From: Planktothrix sp. GU0601_MAG3
Lineage (GTDB): Bacteria; Cyanobacteriota; Cyanobacteriia; Cyanobacteriales; Microcoleaceae
DNA length: 64,000 nucleotides
Assembly: GCA_035193785.1 (NCBI GenBank)
Contig: CP136572.1
Location: 5,108,578-5,172,577 of the forward strand
Reading direction: 5' to 3'
In this document: piece by piece, positions 59,804-64,000 of the stretch
Layout: every line of letters begins with the position of its first letter
How positions within the stretch are numbered: the first letter of the stretch is position 1
Made by a program: the position numbers and the translations under genes
Notes under the pieces: generated by a model
What the model was told of the DNA's origin: nothing
Databases searched by the model: none
Seen by the model: the letters and a program-made list of their open reading frames with translations, nothing else

Positions 59804-59984
59804 AGTGTTATATTCCTATTATTATTCATTATTAACACTTTATCCCAAAAGTGCCAAATAGAGATGCTCTTGACGTTTGGCTCAATAAAGAATCTACACA
59901 ATCATCTACATTCCCCCCTCAAAATACCTATAACAATTGAAAATTTTAAAATATAATTCAATTATTAATTAATTATGGTTAAAC

Positions 59985-60515
59985 ATGATTTTTGCCCCAG
60001 GAACCGGAACAATAACCGCGACTACACTAGAAAATCAATTTTTTACACTATGTTCGTTGATTCAAAATATTGAACGAGACGCGGCGAAAAATGATAAGGT
60101 AGTCAACCTTTTAACTTATACAATCGACACCGATACCGATATAGCTTCTGGATCGGCGTCAATTTACTGCACAATTACCCGTAACAGTACAACGGGAATT
60201 TTGGAGTTTACTTATCCGAATCCCTATACAGGAGTCATTTATACCGAGGGTACGGGTGGAGATTCTAAATCCTCTGGGATAATTACAGAATCTTTAGTAG
60301 AACGAGCTTATTTAATAATTGCTGCTGAACGAGAAAAAAAACGGAATGACCCAAACTTCACCAATAAATTGACCAATCCATCATGGTCAATCAATGACGT
60401 GCCGTTAAATTCCCCAATTCCGCATAATGCAATTTTTAAATTTAATTTCAATCTACAAACTCAAACTACTTTTACGGGGAATGGGGAAAGTAGATATGCT
60501 GTGGAGTATCTCTAA
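59985..60515 (+). CDS. Hypothetical protein with an internal two-fold repeat (putative virion protein)
   Basis: Intact 176-aa ORF abutting the next gene (TAAATG). Confidence 0.7.
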   Translation: MIFAPGTGTITATTLENQFFTLCSLIQNIERDAAKNDKVVNLLTYTIDTDTDIASGSASIYCTITRNSTTGILEFTYPNPYTGVIYTEGTGGDSKSSGIITESLVERAYLIIAAEREKKRNDPNFTNKLTNPSWSINDVPLNSPIPHNAIFKFNFNLQTQTTFTGNGESRYAVEYL

Positions 60516-61487
60516 ATGCCTACAGACAGCGTTAAGAATATTGAACGGGCTTTCACTGGTAGGGTTCCGGTTGTTGAATTAAATAATGATGCACCAATTA
60601 ATCAAGTTTTTGAAATCATAAATTACCGCGATATTCTTTCAAGAATTAAGCCCGTTGGGGCTACAAACATTAATCTTTCAATTGCACTGGAAACTTTGCA
60701 GTTAATTTCGTATTTACCAGGAATATTTAAACCCAACAAATTACCTGATTATGATGAGGATTTAATTCCCTTACTACAAAAGCAAGCTGAGGATTTAGCA
60801 TGGATGGCAGAATTTAATCCATCTACTCAATATGCTTTAGAAATTACTCTGTTTGAATCTTGGTACTCTGGCAATTGGTCTACTTGGTCAGCGCTTGCGA
60901 GAAAGTGGTTGTATAACCAACAAACAGAATATTATTTGGATTTGATTAATCCATTTTTAAATAATACCAAAAATTCTGATATTGGAGATTCTAACTATAG
61001 ATTAGGCTTGGCAATAACCCAAAAACCAACACAACAAACCGCTAAAGCAAACGAAAATTATATTAGGATTCGGGGCGCTTACAGTGGAATTATTACCTAT
61101 GAACAACCGCCAACAGTGGTAACGGCGGTAACTTTAAATAAACAGAGTAATTTTTTGAATCCAATTCCACTAAATACTCCGAACCAGATACTTTATACTG
61201 ATTACAATAGGAGAATTTTATATTTACAGAATACGGGGAAATCAATTGTATATTTTAACTTTGATCAAAATTTAATTTCTCCAGAAGCAAGCCCGTTTTT
61301 ACTACCTGGAGAAACCTTTACTTTTGAAGGTGGAGAGTTTAAATGGTCAGGGGGAGGAAGTCAATTTTTACCCCCAATGGCTCAATATTTATTTCAGACA
61401 GGGGTATGGATTTATTGTCAAGGCAAGAACACAGACGATAAAAGCACAACTAAAAACTCTATAGCTTGGATGCAATTTCTAGGATAA
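60516..61487 (+). CDS. Hypothetical protein with a C-terminal beta-rich, jelly-roll-like segment
   Basis: 323-aa ORF containing NRRILYLQNTGKSIVYFNF...LLPGETF. Confidence 0.7.
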   Translation: MPTDSVKNIERAFTGRVPVVELNNDAPINQVFEIINYRDILSRIKPVGATNINLSIALETLQLISYLPGIFKPNKLPDYDEDLIPLLQKQAEDLAWMAEFNPSTQYALEITLFESWYSGNWSTWSALARKWLYNQQTEYYLDLINPFLNNTKNSDIGDSNYRLGLAITQKPTQQTAKANENYIRIRGAYSGIITYEQPPTVVTAVTLNKQSNFLNPIPLNTPNQILYTDYNRRILYLQNTGKSIVYFNFDQNLISPEASPFLLPGETFTFEGGEFKWSGGGSQFLPPMAQYLFQTGVWIYCQGKNTDDKSTTKNSIAWMQFLG

Positions 61488-61494
61488 TTAAATT

Positions 61495-62452
61495 ATGGGA
61501 ATATCAAATAATTTCATTAAATCAACTGTTGGGAGCATTGGGAATATTGATTTATCAGGAATAACGGGACTTAATACAAGCTACCGATATTTTAAGGAGG
61601 GCTATTATTTATTTACCCCCAATCACCCCACCATAATTGTTCCTGCCACTCCAACCAAAGTAAATAGAGAAATTCAGATAAATTATAGGGAGGATTTAAA
61701 CCAATGGGGCAGTAATGATCTTAAAATATATTGGGGAAGTAAAAACCAACATCCAAAAACAATCAAATTAGGCGGGGGATATTTAGATACTTCAGATGGG
61801 GGAATAGCTTTAGTTGCTGAATGTTCTGAAACAGTTATTGTAGAGGTTATAATTAGGCAAGATACACCGATTAGTTATACCGTTGGCAATTTTTTAATAG
61901 GAGATGATCTCGTGATACCAGTAAAAATAAGGTTAGCAGTAGGAAACTGGGTCTAATTACGTTGATATCAACGAAGATTCTTATGATTCAGATGAATATC
62001 AATATCTAATCAATTTACAGAAACTTAAAAATTCTGACTCAGGAGCTACGGGATATAAATTGTTTGATATTTATAGTTTTTATCCGGGGCGTGCAATTAC
62101 TTTTGATGTAAATATTACTGATGCCACAAAATACGGAAATGTTGCTATTCAGTTATTCGATCCATTAACCGTTAGTGAGGTACTTTTCGCGGTGGCTAAT
62201 GATGTCATCAATTTGGAACTGAATAACATGGGTACAAGGTTTATTGGTAATTTAACTAGAAATGCTTTATACAACGATGTTGTAAATAGCCAAATAATTA
62301 TTACTCCTGATTTCAGTCGGCACATTGGGCGGTTTGTGGCTCAAAATAAGAGTAACAACGACGCTTACGATACAGTAATTATTGAAGATTATGTACCTAA
62401 TGCGATTGACCCACTTTTAGGTGGAACTTTTACGCTAACGGGAGATTTTTAA
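61495..62452 (+). CDS. Hypothetical protein of about 318 aa; frameshift near 61945
   Basis: Removing one A from GGAAAC joins ORFs 61495-61956 and 62060-62452 through an open stretch (GTGSNYVDINEDSYDS...). Confidence 0.7.
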
Positions 62453-64000
62453 TGGCAGACAAGAAACCAGAATGGAGCGATTATGCCTACGATAATGATT
62501 CAATCTCTAAACGGTTAGGAATTGACAAAGATGAAGTCAGAAAATTGAAAAATGATGCGGCAGAAAGAAGTAAAGACACAGGAGAGGGTGTAGGAAATAA
62601 AAATATTGGCTTAGGAATTGGAGCAAGTATTGATACAAACGATCTAAGAAATTCCGCCTTAAGAATTGGGGCTAAAATTCCCGGCTTTGGAATTGAATAT
62701 GATACCAATGGAGAAGGTTCTATTGATATCTTAGATTTAATTAAAGTTGAAACGGTCAGAATTAAATGTTTCTATATTCAACGGTTTTATTTGGCAGGTC
62801 AATTTTTGTATTCTGATATTCAGAAAGTTGATTCGGAAGAATGTAACAAAGAACCGGAAACCGGAACCGGAACCAGAACCAGGCCCAGATCCAAAACCAC
62901 TTGATCCCATTACAAAATGGCCGCCTACACCAAAAGGAGGAAGTAACAAGCCCGAAAGAGCTCTAATAATTTATGAAGGAAGTGTTTTTCAATCTGAAGT
63001 ATCAAATTTAAGAGGAGTTCCATTTTCTGTCTCTTCTTCTTACAGAAGTAGGTACGCAGCACACGACTTTAATCCTTCAACAAATGAAATTACAATTTCA
63101 AAAAGTGTAAATACTTCTTATGGTGCAAATTCATCTGTAACAGAAAAAGTTAATTTATATTATGCCACTGGTGCTGATGGAATGCCTTATCCATATTACA
63201 GTGAAACTGTATATGTAAAAGCTATTGAGTCTTATGTAAGAATATATCATTTAAGCGGAGGGATTTTGTTTGTTGATGGAACTGAAAAAATTATAGAAAA
63301 TTTTGCAGATACATTAAACTATCAGCGAAATTATTCTTATGCTGGTTGGGGTGGGCCAGGAGGAAGATCTATTTATAGTGCAACCTCTTATGCTTACAGT
63401 GATAAATATAATAGACTTTTAGCCAAATTTGTAAATAGCTCTTATAGTTATAATGTACCATCGGGCTGGGAATCGCGACCAAACGATAGTATAGCTGGTA
63501 CTTATTCAGAAATACATAGGGTAAAAAGTATTATTTATATTGATAGAATCCCTAAAAAACAGCCAAAAAATTCTCCACTACAACCCGATAAAAAAATGGA
63601 CAAAGATTGCTGCGAGAAACTAGAGAAACTCTTGAAAAGACTTTCCAAATATCAAGGGTTAGGACAAAAAATCAAGCCTATTAATGTCAAGGACAATAAA
63701 ATTGAAGAAAAAGGGGGCAAGGATGAAAATTTCCCAATGAAGATTCCGAAAAGATGGATTGACAGGGAAGCCAAGCCCAAAGATGACTACGAAGTTCAGA
63801 ATATGCGACACCTTATCCTATCAGTCGGGATAATGCTTGACAGATTCGAGGAACTGTTTAACCCCGCAGGAAAAGATAAGGGATTTCCACTCAAAAAACC
63901 AGAGGAGGGAATCTGGAAATGGCTACCGGGGGACGGGGGGGATTATGAAGCTCCCGACCCCAATTATGATCCTAAAAAATCTAAGGATGATGGGAAGATT
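62452..64000 (+). CDS. Large hypothetical protein (>515 aa, runs off the window); frameshift near 62859
   Basis: After removing one A the frame reads EPEPEPEPGPDPKP... and stays open to 64000. The ORF track does not show this part. Confidence 0.7.

Noticed and set aside
1190..62865. Mass pseudogenisation or programmed ribosomal frameshifting
   Set aside because: Core genes are affected, there is no accompanying decay, and the event occurs on either strand relative to the gene. A sequencing artefact is far more likely.

Overview
Chromosomal window from a filamentous cyanobacterium, probably Oscillatoriales and Planktothrix-like. This is inferred from the gene content, frequent HIP1 GCGATCGC sites and 7-mer STRR arrays. 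Most of it is housekeeping: ftsI-like PBP, radC, rpsF, glyA, lysA-cdaA-uppS, rimI, pgi, chlP, ycf46-ycf35, znuA/C plus a P1B ATPase, sppA, fni, prmA, serA and raf1. About 28 genes or gene segments are split by the same +1 event (GAAC read as GAAAC, on either strand). I treat these as sequencing artefacts and annotate the repaired genes. Two accessory regions stand out. (1) 28.4-35.4 kb holds a tandem pair of Type IIG restriction-modification genes. The second copy has a clean in-frame 228-codon deletion of the nuclease domain and a different specificity region bracketed by shared sequence, which looks like a specificity-switching or pre-methylating cassette. (2) 59985 to the window end is a translationally coupled operon of four unrecognisable proteins that look like virion proteins, possibly the edge of an undescribed integrated virus or element. 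Intergenic DNA carries several REP-, MITE- and STRR-type repeat families. No rRNA, tRNA or CRISPR array was found.
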